DNA of 64,000 nucleotides, taken from a virus. Lineage: Duplodnaviria; Caudoviricetes. Positions 46,041 to 55,997 of this stretch are shown here, piece by piece. Positions within the stretch are counted from its first letter, which is position 1. Each line of letters begins with the position of its first letter. Under the pieces are notes generated by a model. That model saw only the letters and a program-made list of their open reading frames with translations, did not search any database and was not told the DNA's origin. Position numbers and translations under genes: made by a program. The DNA is taken from the IMG/VR virus record IMGVR_UViG_3300031994_000065, positions 1-64,000 of that record; one strand, 5' to 3'.

Positions 46041-47079
46041 ATAACACGAGTTTTGCTTGACGAATATCGATATGGTCTCTTGTGGTTCCCAAATCTTTTT
46101 CTCCCGGATATTGGTTGTAGAACAGATTGATTGACTTGCAGTATTCTCTCACCGGTTTGATCGATTTGAAAAACTCGATGGGTTTATCGGTATCTGCGTA
46201 TATATTCAAATTGAGATTATCGATAAATCCAATATGAAGTATTCGTTTGATTACGCCGAGAAATCCAGCTCCATTAACCGCCGAGTATAATTTGTTTGTT
46301 TTATCCGCATTATTGAGATGATAATAACACCCAAGAATGTCGAATATTCCCTCCGTGATATTGCAATCAATGTCATTTGCCATCAAGTCATACATTCCAG
46401 GAATTATGTAGAGTTTAGAACCCCAGTTACCACTATTCTTAAATACGGGGTAATTGATGTATCTATGCTCGTTTTTCTTAGTATCCCGGAATATGATGTA
46501 AGAACTGTCAGCGGATAAAAATCCGACATAGTCATCTTCGAGTTTTTGAGCTACACGTATCGGCAGGTTAACTCCGAAACCATTGATGTCAAGAAAGTCT
46601 TTGAGTGAAAGTATAATCTTCAGATTGACACAATCTTGATATGTCAATTCAATACCGAGACGATTTTCGATGTATTTAAGTTTGTCAATGTGTCTACAAG
46701 TTTTGTAGAATGGAACGATACTCTTTTTGGAACCATGAATTATATAATGAGATTCAGTTCGAGCTTTCGAATCCATAAATCTCTTATTATGATTCCAAAC
46801 CGCACTTAACAAACTCAAATCTGTTACCCCAGCGGCACGTAAGAAATCCGAATTCACCCAGTGACCTTCGCTACAGCTCGAAAAACAGTAGTAAGATACT
46901 GGTTTGTTTCCTTCGATATTAACGTAACAATGCACACTGTCTTGATGTTTGAGGCTGTCGCCACATATTGGGCAACGGATTATCACGTGAGTATGAGCAC
47001 TGTTTTCTTTGGCAAACGGAGTCTTCAGAAGAACTTGTTTAAGTTTCGCAAGAGCATTAATCTCGTTTATATCAATCAT
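46039..47079 (-). CDS. DNA primase (Zn finger plus TOPRIM)
   Basis: RCPICGDS...HCY...YCF Zn finger; ITEGIFDIL and YADTD TOPRIM motifs; KDLG. Confidence 0.85.
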   Translation of the reverse strand: MIDINEINALAKLKQVLLKTPFAKENSAHTHVIIRCPICGDSLKHQDSVHCYVNIEGNKPVSYYCFSSCSEGHWVNSDFLRAAGVTDLSLLSAVWNHNKRFMDSKARTESHYIIHGSKKSIVPFYKTCRHIDKLKYIENRLGIELTYQDCVNLKIILSLKDFLDINGFGVNLPIRVAQKLEDDYVGFLSADSSYIIFRDTKKNEHRYINYPVFKNSGNWGSKLYIIPGMYDLMANDIDCNITEGIFDILGCYYHLNNADKTNKLYSAVNGAGFLGVIKRILHIGFIDNLNLNIYADTDKPIEFFKSIKPVREYCKSINLFYNQYPGEKDLGTTRDHIDIRQAKLVL

Positions 47080-47156
47080 AATAATACCTCCTTTAGAAAA
47101 ACGTGTAAAAACGGGTAAAAAGGAACAGCAAACGTAGTTCACTGCTCCCCTAACGC

Positions 47157-48734
47157 CTAAATGTTGTTGACGAATTTGAGATATTCTGCCGCGAGTATTT
47201 CGTTCTCGATCTCGATTGGTTCATCGAGCATGTCTTGCATGTCATAATCGACATAAGTCCAATTCGTATTGATTATCTTGCTGAGAAGTGTAATCACCGG
47301 ACTCCCGTTCTTTTCATCGAGTAATGAGGGATATTTCTTTTCCATGAGTTCCTGATATACCGATGACGAGGTTACCTTCTCAAGAAATTTTGAATTACGA
47401 ATGACTCTAGCCGACGATTTTCCATGAGCATTCGCGGTTATCAACTGGTCCATGTATATATTGCCGTTCGCTTCCAGCATTTTCTTCATGATGACCATGA
47501 GCTGAATGTACTGCTCCCTTTTGACGAAGTTCAAATCACGAAACCCACCGAACCATTTCGCGAAGAAGTAAAAGACCAATTCTTTGGAAAGATTGTTGAA
47601 ATCGTGATGCTCTTTGTAGAATTCGAGTTCCTTATCTGTGATCTTTATCTTCATTTTCGCCTTGATGCGTTCGAGTGTGTCGGCGATATTGACTTGAGAG
47701 AACAGAATCATGAAAGTATCAATTTTCGTCGTGTACATTTCCATCTTATCAAGTCCGGACAATCCTTCGGGTTCTTTTTCCGTAGATACCGCAAGGAAAT
47801 CCATTTTCAAGTCTTCTTTAGAATGGAATGCAAGTTGATACTTCAAAACTACCGAATTGTAGCTGATGATGTTCCCGTTGAACCGGTAGCTGAACACGGT
47901 GTCGGTTATAAGATTCTTGTGGAACAAATCTTCGATGAATGTTTCCACTGAAGAACCTAACGCCTCATGCTTTCCGTACATCGCACGATCCGGTTTTGAA
48001 TAGCTATTGACGCGAGACGCAATTGTGTGATGAAGTTTGCCGAGTATATTGACATCCTCTATGAGAATTGGATTTACAAACAGCGGCTCGAAATATTTGT
48101 ACAGATTCAATTTCGCTTCATCTTTGTTATAGAACGTCTTTATGTAATGCATGATAACGGGAATCGCAAATTTGATTGCCACCGAAATTCTCATCAATAT
48201 CTCCGCGTGATGTTCATTGAATTGCATTACCGGAGCATAAGATTTGTTTGATGTCTTTTTCGTTTTGACATCGGTGGTTAAATCGACCCGATAATTATCC
48301 ATGCTCATTCTCTTAATCTTTTCGCACATAGAATCAGAGAACAAGATTTTTTGGATTGCTTTTATCATCGATTCGCGTTTCAATTCGGTGATGTGTTTGG
48401 CGTCAATCATATATTTCAGCTTCATGTACGCCATTATGAGCTCTTTATCTTCGTCGTAGAACTTCAGAAAATAGTTGATATACAACGAAATCACATCGAG
48501 CTGTTTGTAGTACGCTTCCTTCAGACTTATGTCAAAGAAATTGTACTCGTGAATTATGTCGCGTCCGAATATCTTATCAAACGCGATGAAAAGAACCTTG
48601 CCTTGATGTCCCGCGTAGATATCTTGGTCTTCAGGTTTCCACAAGTCTACCGGGATGACACCTTCTGGAACCGGCATAAGTATTGCTTCACCGATTACAT
48701 TGTTTTTGCGCTCAGCACGCTTAATTAACTTCAT
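47157..48734 (-). CDS. Sigma-like promoter-specificity subunit of non-virion RNAP (AR9 gp226-like)
   Basis: IAFDKIFGRDII matches IAFDKLFGRDDI, and ASRV...D, IISY..VV.K and EGLSGLDKME match AR9 gp226 as I recall it; two genes from the chaperonin, as in AR9 (gp226/gp228). Confidence 0.75.
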   Translation of the reverse strand: MKLIKRAERKNNVIGEAILMPVPEGVIPVDLWKPEDQDIYAGHQGKVLFIAFDKIFGRDIIHEYNFFDISLKEAYYKQLDVISLYINYFLKFYDEDKELIMAYMKLKYMIDAKHITELKRESMIKAIQKILFSDSMCEKIKRMSMDNYRVDLTTDVKTKKTSNKSYAPVMQFNEHHAEILMRISVAIKFAIPVIMHYIKTFYNKDEAKLNLYKYFEPLFVNPILIEDVNILGKLHHTIASRVNSYSKPDRAMYGKHEALGSSVETFIEDLFHKNLITDTVFSYRFNGNIISYNSVVLKYQLAFHSKEDLKMDFLAVSTEKEPEGLSGLDKMEMYTTKIDTFMILFSQVNIADTLERIKAKMKIKITDKELEFYKEHHDFNNLSKELVFYFFAKWFGGFRDLNFVKREQYIQLMVIMKKMLEANGNIYMDQLITANAHGKSSARVIRNSKFLEKVTSSSVYQELMEKKYPSLLDEKNGSPVITLLSKIINTNWTYVDYDMQDMLDEPIEIENEILAAEYLKFVNNI

Positions 48735-48769
48735 GCTCTCACTTCCCCTTCTTTAATAGATTCGGATGG

Positions 48770-48779
48770 ATAATATATA
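48770..48779 (-). promoter_or_regulatory. Early promoter motif TATATATTAT
   Basis: Exact motif upstream of the sigma-like gene. Confidence 0.65.
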
Positions 48780-48786
48780 CCCGAAT

Positions 48787-49602
48787 TTATTTTCGACGAG
48801 AACTTCCTCCGATTTTAGGTTTTCCAGTGATTTTCCCGCGGGAATTTCGATGTTCATTAGAGCCAGAAGTGTGAGTAAGTCCTTTAATGGTTCTGACCGC
48901 AGAGCTGATTTTCTTTTTGACCGCTTTCTTGGTTCTAGAATAATCCGTCTCCCTCACTTTTCGTGTAAGTGAAGTCGCGTCCATTTTCTTACCACGTTCA
49001 CCAGACAATTCGGACATTATCGAATCGAATGTTCTAATGGTTGCTGCAAAATTCTCTTGATTAAATTCACGAGAATTTCGTTTGACAAAGTACCGCTGGG
49101 AGAATTGCGTCTGCGTCATTATATGATGAATCGCGTAGAATATGCTTTTATCCCACAATAACAACAAATTTGGATTCTTTTCGTTGGGTTTATTTCCAAG
49201 AACTTCATTTCCAAGTTTATCGCTTAACCAACTGATCAACAAATTGTTTTTATTGTACGCGTAAGCATATGTGAAAACGAAACTGGGACAGTTTGAGAAG
49301 AATTCAACTTGCCAATCCTTCAAAGACATGTGAGTTTTCTCGGGGTCTTCCACAGTTTCAAAAAAGTGAATAACTACGTCGTAATCCATACTTCTGGTGT
49401 CTGACGGCACAAGAAGATGATAGTAAAACGACGTATCACTTTCCCGGAATATAGTAACTGGTATTTTCTTTTTAAGCTTCTTTGTAACCCCTTCGTAACG
49501 TCTTTCGAATCCATAACGTACTGCTCCGAGAGCTAAAGCTGAAGAACTTCCGCCGCTGGGATTCTTGTAGAAGTTGCGAAGGGTTATTGGTCCCTTTTCC
49601 AC
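48787..49602 (-). CDS. Hypothetical protein
   Basis: 271 aa, GTG start after AAGGAG; NCPSFVFTYAY core and a basic C-terminus. Confidence 0.65.
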   Translation of the reverse strand: MEKGPITLRNFYKNPSGGSSSALALGAVRYGFERRYEGVTKKLKKKIPVTIFRESDTSFYYHLLVPSDTRSMDYDVVIHFFETVEDPEKTHMSLKDWQVEFFSNCPSFVFTYAYAYNKNNLLISWLSDKLGNEVLGNKPNEKNPNLLLLWDKSIFYAIHHIMTQTQFSQRYFVKRNSREFNQENFAATIRTFDSIMSELSGERGKKMDATSLTRKVRETDYSRTKKAVKKKISSAVRTIKGLTHTSGSNEHRNSRGKITGKPKIGGSSRRK

Positions 49603-49705
49603 ATTGCGTCTCTCCTTTCAGAAAAAAGCGCGAGAAGAACCTAATGCAGGATCCCTCTCCAATACATTAGGTTCATGTAATTGATGTGATTATTCAGTAT
49701 CGCAG

Positions 49706-51475
49706 TTATTTGCTGTCTGTGTGTTCAACCGTTGGAATCTGAGAAATGTATTGATTTGCCGTCATAAGAGTCAGACAAATGTTAATTGCGCCTTTAAGAA
49801 TTTCGATGTCAGTTTGTGCTGAATTGATTATATTTTCGGAAAATTCTCCGGTTATCAAATCATAACATTTATCATCTCCGGCAATACATATCATTCCAAT
49901 CTCTTTCAATTTTTCTTTCAGGTTGTCATCAAGCACGTCGTAACCGTCTGAATCATATTTATTCGCAAATACTTCCATGAGAGTATCAAAGAATGCATTA
50001 GCGATTGCTTTATAAGCAGATTCGAGTTTGTCGTCGAGATTATTAGTTCGTGCCATGAGACAATTGGCCGCATAACAAATGATGACATTGCCACCGATAT
50101 TATATCCGTGAGTTGCAACTGATTCACAAGCTCTTGTAGCATCTTCTGCCGCATCAAACTTGAGAGTCATTTCAATTTCGTTTTCTGCTCCTACGGTAAC
50201 TTCGGTGATTCTACGTCTGAGACGTTGTATTCTGTTTCGCAATGCAACTAATGAAGCTGATTGGATTCTGCGGTTGAGATTTTCTCCGACTTCACGTTCA
50301 TATTCGGCAGAAAGATTATAGAACACCAATGACATCCGTTCTTTATCCATTCTCGGATAACCATCGATAATGGTATATTCGTTACGGTATGTCTCGATAG
50401 AATCAACTTTGCCTATTGCACGTTTAAGAATTTCATCGTCGAAGTGTTCTTCAGATGTAACTACGTCAACCATTTTATTGAAATCGGACGCAGTTATCGG
50501 ATTCGAACCACAGAGCAATGCGAAGTCCATATACTCATTACGTTGAAATGCGTTTACATTCAAGCATCTCATGTAGCGAATGGACAAATGTTTTTTCTGT
50601 TTTGCTCGCATAAGTTGCAAATCCATATCGACATCTCGTTTTACCATATCCAAGAAGTTCTGACTATAACTCGGAGCTACAATTATAACTTCTTTTGGGT
50701 TATGGATATCTTCATCTTGTTGATGCGCCAGCTGTTCGAGACGATGAATCATATTGTAGTGGTACGGTTCTATTGCCATATCAAAACAGATGATGTAGAC
50801 ATCTCTTCCAACAAAACCAGATGGTTGATTGTGGAAGATATTGTCGATCATATAGTAATGATTTGCCTTATAACCGTTGATATGTTTAACGGTTGTTTCA
50901 GTAGACCAGATCGGGGAACGTCTTACATTAAACGCGCTGTTCGGTTCTTTCTTGTAAGCCTCTTTAATCATTTCGGCAAACTTAGTATCGCCGTTAGTGG
51001 AGATGTAAGCAGTTTTATACATCACATCAGGAAGCTCTTTTTCCGATGGATGTTTTGCGTGTTCTTGAATGAATTCGACGATATTGTTTATCGCAGTTTT
51101 GTAAGTTTCGTTTAGTTCTCTTGGTCTTATGAACTTTCCATTGTTTGTTTTGGTAAGCCATTTAGCGAATTTCCATGCCGCTACGACCGCTGATGATGAA
51201 CCGTCACCAACAGTTGCAACCATTCTATGGCTGATAGTTTGAATGACATTCATCACATTATTTGCGAAAATGTCCTCGGGTGCAAAGCGAATACGTTGCA
51301 GTGTATGGAATCCGTCCTTAGACGCCACTAACGGACCCATCTCTTCGATAATCGAAGTGTTCGCACAAGGTCCAAGAGTTTTACTTACCGTTTTGCCGGC
51401 AAACTCAAGAACCTCGAGAACCATATTCTTATAATCGGTTGCACTGATGACATTACTTTTGGTAATGGCCTTCAT
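49706..51475 (-). CDS. GroEL-like phage chaperonin
   Basis: KTLGP, SKDGFHT, VGDGSSSA nucleotide-binding motif, DAAEDATRA, GGNV, INSAQTDIEIL. Confidence 0.9.
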   Translation of the reverse strand: MKAITKSNVISATDYKNMVLEVLEFAGKTVSKTLGPCANTSIIEEMGPLVASKDGFHTLQRIRFAPEDIFANNVMNVIQTISHRMVATVGDGSSSAVVAAWKFAKWLTKTNNGKFIRPRELNETYKTAINNIVEFIQEHAKHPSEKELPDVMYKTAYISTNGDTKFAEMIKEAYKKEPNSAFNVRRSPIWSTETTVKHINGYKANHYYMIDNIFHNQPSGFVGRDVYIICFDMAIEPYHYNMIHRLEQLAHQQDEDIHNPKEVIIVAPSYSQNFLDMVKRDVDMDLQLMRAKQKKHLSIRYMRCLNVNAFQRNEYMDFALLCGSNPITASDFNKMVDVVTSEEHFDDEILKRAIGKVDSIETYRNEYTIIDGYPRMDKERMSLVFYNLSAEYEREVGENLNRRIQSASLVALRNRIQRLRRRITEVTVGAENEIEMTLKFDAAEDATRACESVATHGYNIGGNVIICYAANCLMARTNNLDDKLESAYKAIANAFFDTLMEVFANKYDSDGYDVLDDNLKEKLKEIGMICIAGDDKCYDLITGEFSENIINSAQTDIEILKGAINICLTLMTANQYISQIPTVEHTDSK

Positions 51476-51889
51476 TTAGTTATTACCTCCTTTAATGAGT
51501 TTATCATCGGGAAGATTATTGACTAATACATCGTAAATCTCACGATAAGTCAAATCTCCCCAGAACTTTTCGGAAGCTACCATTATTGACGGTGCCGATT
51601 TAGGGTTATCGCGCATAATCTTGAACTGATCATTCAATATGGCAACGATGAATTTTTCAGGGCTTTCATAAGTCCAATCTATCGCTGTCGAATCTTCAGT
51701 CCGTGCGACCCATTCTTCGAGAGTTTCAATAGTTTCATTTTCGTTTTCTTCAGTAATTTTGACGAAAACGATAGAACCATCGAAGCGTTTAACCATTTTG
51801 AGATAATTTCTCGCAGGCCAAATCGTACGACGAACAGGCTGACCCTTCAAAAGACACTCAACAGCTCTTCCGTAACCAAAAGTGTTCAT
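51476..51889 (-). CDS. DUF2829/Tad2-like protein with C-terminal extension
   Basis: FGYGRAVECLLKGQPVRRTIW...WVARTEDSTAIDW matches the FxxAlxxLkxGxxVxRxxW...WxxsqxDxlAxDW pattern; ATG at 51889 after AGGAGG. Confidence 0.65.
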   Translation of the reverse strand: MNTFGYGRAVECLLKGQPVRRTIWPARNYLKMVKRFDGSIVFVKITEENENETIETLEEWVARTEDSTAIDWTYESPEKFIVAILNDQFKIMRDNPKSAPSIMVASEKFWGDLTYREIYDVLVNNLPDDKLIKGGNN

Positions 51890-52129
51890 TTTTGATTCCT
51901 CCTTTATAATCTGTGCGAAAGACGTTTCATTTATATATTCTCTCCTGAAAAAGACGCGCACAAGGCAGACATTATCATGCGGAGCTTCCGAAATCCCATG
52001 TTGTCTGCCTATGTGGTGGTCACTAAGACCGTCCCCTTTAAAGATCGATAAACCACAATGATTACCCAGCAAGAATCAGGATCATTGCTCCTGATTCTTT
52101 TTACATATTTTGTATACTCGATGTTCTTT

Positions 52130-52849
52130 TTAACCATTTACGGTGTGTTCATATTTCAGTTTGAATGGTATAAACTCCACAAGATTTATCTTCTTCCGTA
52201 TGGCATGACTCACAATTCGACCTTTAAGCTGTGGAGTTGTTTCGCCGGCAGGAAGTTCGTAGTTGTATCCATATTGAGCAATCATAAATGCACTTCCATA
52301 ATATTCCGGCATATACATGACTGCACTCAATCTGTCAATATCATTATCGATGAACAAATCAATTTCTCCGATTGCACTAATGACATCGAGATATGGTCCG
52401 GTCACATATTGAATCTTTTCGTTTTTGTTAAAAGTACGAGATAAATCATACATGGTTCGAATATCTCTTTTTTCTCCATATATGATAACTCGTTTAACGA
52501 AATCTTCTCGAACCATACTAGTCAAAGCAACGTACATATCCAGAGGTGGAGATTCTTCGAACATCTGTGGAAATTTTTCATACAGTTTCCTGTAGTTCTT
52601 TTCATAATCGAACTTCTTAATCGCCAACCATTCAAGTATGTTTTTCTTCGTTCGATTCATTATGAGAACTCTGATTCGCATATCTGTCTGACATTCAAAT
52701 CTTTCGAACGATATATATGGTTCAAACTGTTTCCGAAGATTTGGAGTGTCCATTATTAAATGAAGCAAAAAAGTATTGTGATCACGAAGAATTTCGTTAT
52801 ACGGTACGAACACCGTAATTGGATTTTCGAATAACCTAGGATCTATCAT
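52130..52849 (-). CDS. Hypothetical protein, possibly degenerate HAD-like nucleotidase
   Basis: IDLFIDNDID and QYGYN resemble HAD C-terminal motifs; no clear DxD motif I. Confidence 0.4.
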   Translation of the reverse strand: MIDPRLFENPITVFVPYNEILRDHNTFLLHLIMDTPNLRKQFEPYISFERFECQTDMRIRVLIMNRTKKNILEWLAIKKFDYEKNYRKLYEKFPQMFEESPPLDMYVALTSMVREDFVKRVIIYGEKRDIRTMYDLSRTFNKNEKIQYVTGPYLDVISAIGEIDLFIDNDIDRLSAVMYMPEYYGSAFMIAQYGYNYELPAGETTPQLKGRIVSHAIRKKINLVEFIPFKLKYEHTVNG

Positions 52850-52920
52850 ATTTTCACCTTCTTTTTTGGTAAAAAAGAGCTTGGAGATGAATGAATATCT
52901 CCAAGCTCAAGTACTCGTTT

Positions 52921-53730
52921 TTAGAACGGTGAAGTTTCTTCGTTCAAGTCGGGAAGTTTGTTACTCACCGCTTTTTCAGCTTCACGCATTACCGATTCCA
53001 TGTTTTCCGTGTCGGTCTGGTTATTACCAAACAATCGTGTCGAACCTACACCGTATTTAGTAACGGGGTCGAACTTTGCATTTGTTGCTTTGCCGATTGC
53101 ATCGAGCTTACTTTCGAGTCTCGTCAAAACCATGTCAAACGCCACGCGAACGCTATGTGCTGTTGCCTTGTTAACCGCTCTAACTTGTTCTTCGAGACAC
53201 TTCACGAAGAGATGGAACTCCCCGCTATCGATTCCGTTCATGCCGTGTTTGCCGGTCTTCGGATCATAGTCTTCGATGCGGTAAGACTTCGGGAATTCAA
53301 AGTACGCGCTAACCTCGGGAATTTTATTTTCATCAAGATTGCGATGTATTGCGAAGTAATAAATTTGTTTCCCGTTGTGTTTCATGGTACCAAATCCGAC
53401 AAGGTTGTTGCCGGCTACATCGACATACGCATTTGCGTCTTTACCTTCTTCGAACGCTTTTACGATTCTCGGAACTGCGTCCAAAAGTTCGCTGACTTTA
53501 TTAGTCGGAATTGCCGATGAGACCTGACGCTCGTAATCGTATTTCTCTTTGTCGGTCTGCTCATGTTTCGGGCGAGCCGGATGAATGCGAACTGAGATGA
53601 AAATGTCGTTCCACAAATCGACTTTCAATGTGCTGTTACCGAGTCCTTCGAGATTGTAGAACTGGTAACCTTTGGTGTTAATAGAACGTTTCCCATCAAT
53701 TCCATTGGGCTGCTGATTAAATAACGCCAT
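52921..53730 (-). CDS. Putative single-stranded DNA-binding protein
   Basis: Beta-rich N-terminal domain and an acidic tail ending DLNEETSPF; strong RBS. Confidence 0.4.
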   Translation of the reverse strand: MALFNQQPNGIDGKRSINTKGYQFYNLEGLGNSTLKVDLWNDIFISVRIHPARPKHEQTDKEKYDYERQVSSAIPTNKVSELLDAVPRIVKAFEEGKDANAYVDVAGNNLVGFGTMKHNGKQIYYFAIHRNLDENKIPEVSAYFEFPKSYRIEDYDPKTGKHGMNGIDSGEFHLFVKCLEEQVRAVNKATAHSVRVAFDMVLTRLESKLDAIGKATNAKFDPVTKYGVGSTRLFGNNQTDTENMESVMREAEKAVSNKLPDLNEETSPF

Positions 53731-53920
53731 TATAGTTTCCTCCTTTATTCAGATTAAATGCTTGTGAGCTTCCAAGTAAATCGGTACTGCTAAGAAAAGT
53801 GGCGACTGGGAACGAGCTCGGCGTCTACTCGTTCCCAATCAATTACAGCTTTTCAAAAATTTTTAAAGGAGGCAAGATAACAGAAGTAAATACCAAAACT
53901 ATTACCTTACCTTCTTGTTT

Positions 53921-54544
53921 TTAGTCGATACTGATACCAATTTCTTTTTTCAAAGTGTGTTTTGCTCGAGAAGAGCGACTGCGTACGGTGATGTCGCAAT
54001 GAAGGTCAAGCACTTCACACCACCGCAGAAAATACTTCATCGATAACGGATTTGGTTTGGTAAGAGAACCTTTGAGATTAGACATGTCGTAGTCTTTATC
54101 AAACTTGCCGTAATATTCACGCATGTCGATCTGAAGTTCTTGAAGTGCCATTTTCACAATCTTCTTCAGCGGATCGTCTTCTTCCTTTATAGGTGGCGCG
54201 AACACTTTCGGGTCTGTCAAATCGATGTCTTCCGTCTGGTCTTTGAAGTTAGCACGGTCAACCATCTCCCGTTTAATCATCGTCACGTTTTTGATGTTGT
54301 TAACGGAACTCATCTCTGGGTCGTTCGCCGGTACAAATACCAGTTTACCAGAATTCTTGTAGAAATAGCCGTGCTTGATTTTTTCCTTGAGTTTACCACC
54401 ATAGATATAGCACTGACCTTCGTGTACATAGGCGTAGTCTTTCTCAAGGGTATCGTCTTCGAAATGTTTCTGAGCATCGCCTCCAACGGCGACGAATATA
54501 CCATCGATGACGATAAAATAGCTGTCTCCGCTGTTCAAGTCCAT
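53921..54544 (-). CDS. Hypothetical protein
   Basis: 207 aa, RBS AAGGAGG. Confidence 0.65.
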   Translation of the reverse strand: MDLNSGDSYFIVIDGIFVAVGGDAQKHFEDDTLEKDYAYVHEGQCYIYGGKLKEKIKHGYFYKNSGKLVFVPANDPEMSSVNNIKNVTMIKREMVDRANFKDQTEDIDLTDPKVFAPPIKEEDDPLKKIVKMALQELQIDMREYYGKFDKDYDMSNLKGSLTKPNPLSMKYFLRWCEVLDLHCDITVRSRSSRAKHTLKKEIGISID

Positions 54545-54556
54545 TAAATTACCTCC

Positions 54557-55339
54557 TTATATTATTTCACCTTCGAGACCCATGAACACATCGGTTTTCA
54601 TTCCGACGCTGGTCATACGTTCTTCTCCATTATTAGACTCTTCTAAATCCTGTATGCTAAATAACTTCTTTTTTGTTGTACGAGTCTCTTGGTTTTTGAC
54701 CACGACATGCTCGGATTCTACCTTCTTTTTGTACAGGTAGTAGAAGTTCAGCAAACTCTGAGAATATAGAAACAGATCAATTTTAGAGAGAATGTCTCTG
54801 ATAGCCTCCAGTTCATCCAAAACTAATCCACCAGTATTTGTAGATGTATTGATGCTTAACGCAGCACCTTCATATTCCACATTGTCTTTATCGGTAATAA
54901 CTGCCGGTCTCAATTCGAAGACATTATCGTCACCGACACTATCGACAAATACAATTTGGGTTTCTTCCGGAGTATAAGTTTTGAGATGTCCATGCTCTTG
55001 GTAAAATGGGTCATTGGTTTCATCATAAAGAATTTTCAACATATCGTCGAACGCTTTGACGAATATATGTTGAGTTCTCGATGTAACGTAGAGCGAACGT
55101 TTACGCCAATCAATATCCTTATCGGAATTTTTCGAGGTATTCTTTATTACCAGGAACGTAGAACCATCGATGTAGTAATTGTGTTCAGTCCATAATGAAT
55201 TTACTTCACGTTCCCAATCAATCACACCAGGTTTACCGTCCGGCTGTGTTAACAAGACGTGTAATTCCAATTTAAACGAGGAAAAATTGGCTATGGTTCT
55301 GACAATTCGCTTATCAATGTGCTTCATTTCATCGCTCAT
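54557..55339 (-). CDS. Hypothetical early protein
   Basis: 260 aa, RBS GGAGGTG, early motif at 55390-55399. Confidence 0.65.
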   Translation of the reverse strand: MSDEMKHIDKRIVRTIANFSSFKLELHVLLTQPDGKPGVIDWEREVNSLWTEHNYYIDGSTFLVIKNTSKNSDKDIDWRKRSLYVTSRTQHIFVKAFDDMLKILYDETNDPFYQEHGHLKTYTPEETQIVFVDSVGDDNVFELRPAVITDKDNVEYEGAALSINTSTNTGGLVLDELEAIRDILSKIDLFLYSQSLLNFYYLYKKKVESEHVVVKNQETRTTKKKLFSIQDLEESNNGEERMTSVGMKTDVFMGLEGEII

Positions 55340-55389
55340 ATGTCACCTCCATCTTTGATATTAACCGAGATATCCTTATTTACTAGGTG

Positions 55390-55399
55390 ATAATATATA
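55390..55399 (-). promoter_or_regulatory. Early promoter motif TATATATTAT
   Basis: Exact motif ~50 nt upstream of the start codon. Confidence 0.65.
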
Positions 55400-55474
55400 T
55401 TCGAAATAAAAGCGCAAATACAAGCCCTGGCTGCGATAGCCAAGGCTTATACTTGTCTTTTTTCGGAGGTGTAT

Positions 55475-55948
55475 TTAATGAGTTTTAAGCTGCGCTTTAG
55501 CTTTACTGATTGCATTTTTAACAGCTGCAGAATTCTTACCATGATTGCTGACGCTAGGAAGTGAACTCGTGGGTTTAGCACTCAGAGATTTTTTCGCCTT
55601 CAGTAACGCTTCATTATGGTATTTCTTATACAACTCTTTTTCAAGTTGAGATTCCATACGCCACAACGTCAAAAGCTTTTTAAACTTAGGATCTTTACGT
55701 TGACGTGCGATGGTATAAACTGCGGTGCGAGTAGCACCTTTAAGTTTCGCCTTTTTATCCAATTTGATGATAGTCTTTTCCGTCACGATGTCAGCACGAA
55801 TCAGTTCATCGGTAAAACGAGAATCTTCACAAATGGATGCAGCTTCTTCCGAACTCAATCCTTCAAGAAGAACTGCTTCAGTTATAAGAGTGGAGTCCGA
55901 TTTAGAGATAATAGGTTCTCCACCACCAAATCCTTTGAAGAATTCCAT
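55475..55948 (-). CDS. Putative virion structural protein
   Basis: ITEAVLLEG motif; late promoter GACA-tgacac-TA at 55972-55983. Confidence 0.6.
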   Translation of the reverse strand: MEFFKGFGGGEPIISKSDSTLITEAVLLEGLSSEEAASICEDSRFTDELIRADIVTEKTIIKLDKKAKLKGATRTAVYTIARQRKDPKFKKLLTLWRMESQLEKELYKKYHNEALLKAKKSLSAKPTSSLPSVSNHGKNSAAVKNAISKAKAQLKTH

Positions 55949-55971
55949 GGTTATTTCCTCCTTTTGTTTTT

Positions 55972-55983
55972 TAGTGTCATGTC
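55972..55983 (-). promoter_or_regulatory. Late promoter RACA-N6-TA
   Basis: Minus strand GACA-tgacac-TA. Confidence 0.7.
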
Positions 55984-55997
55984 AATTGCGCTCATTT

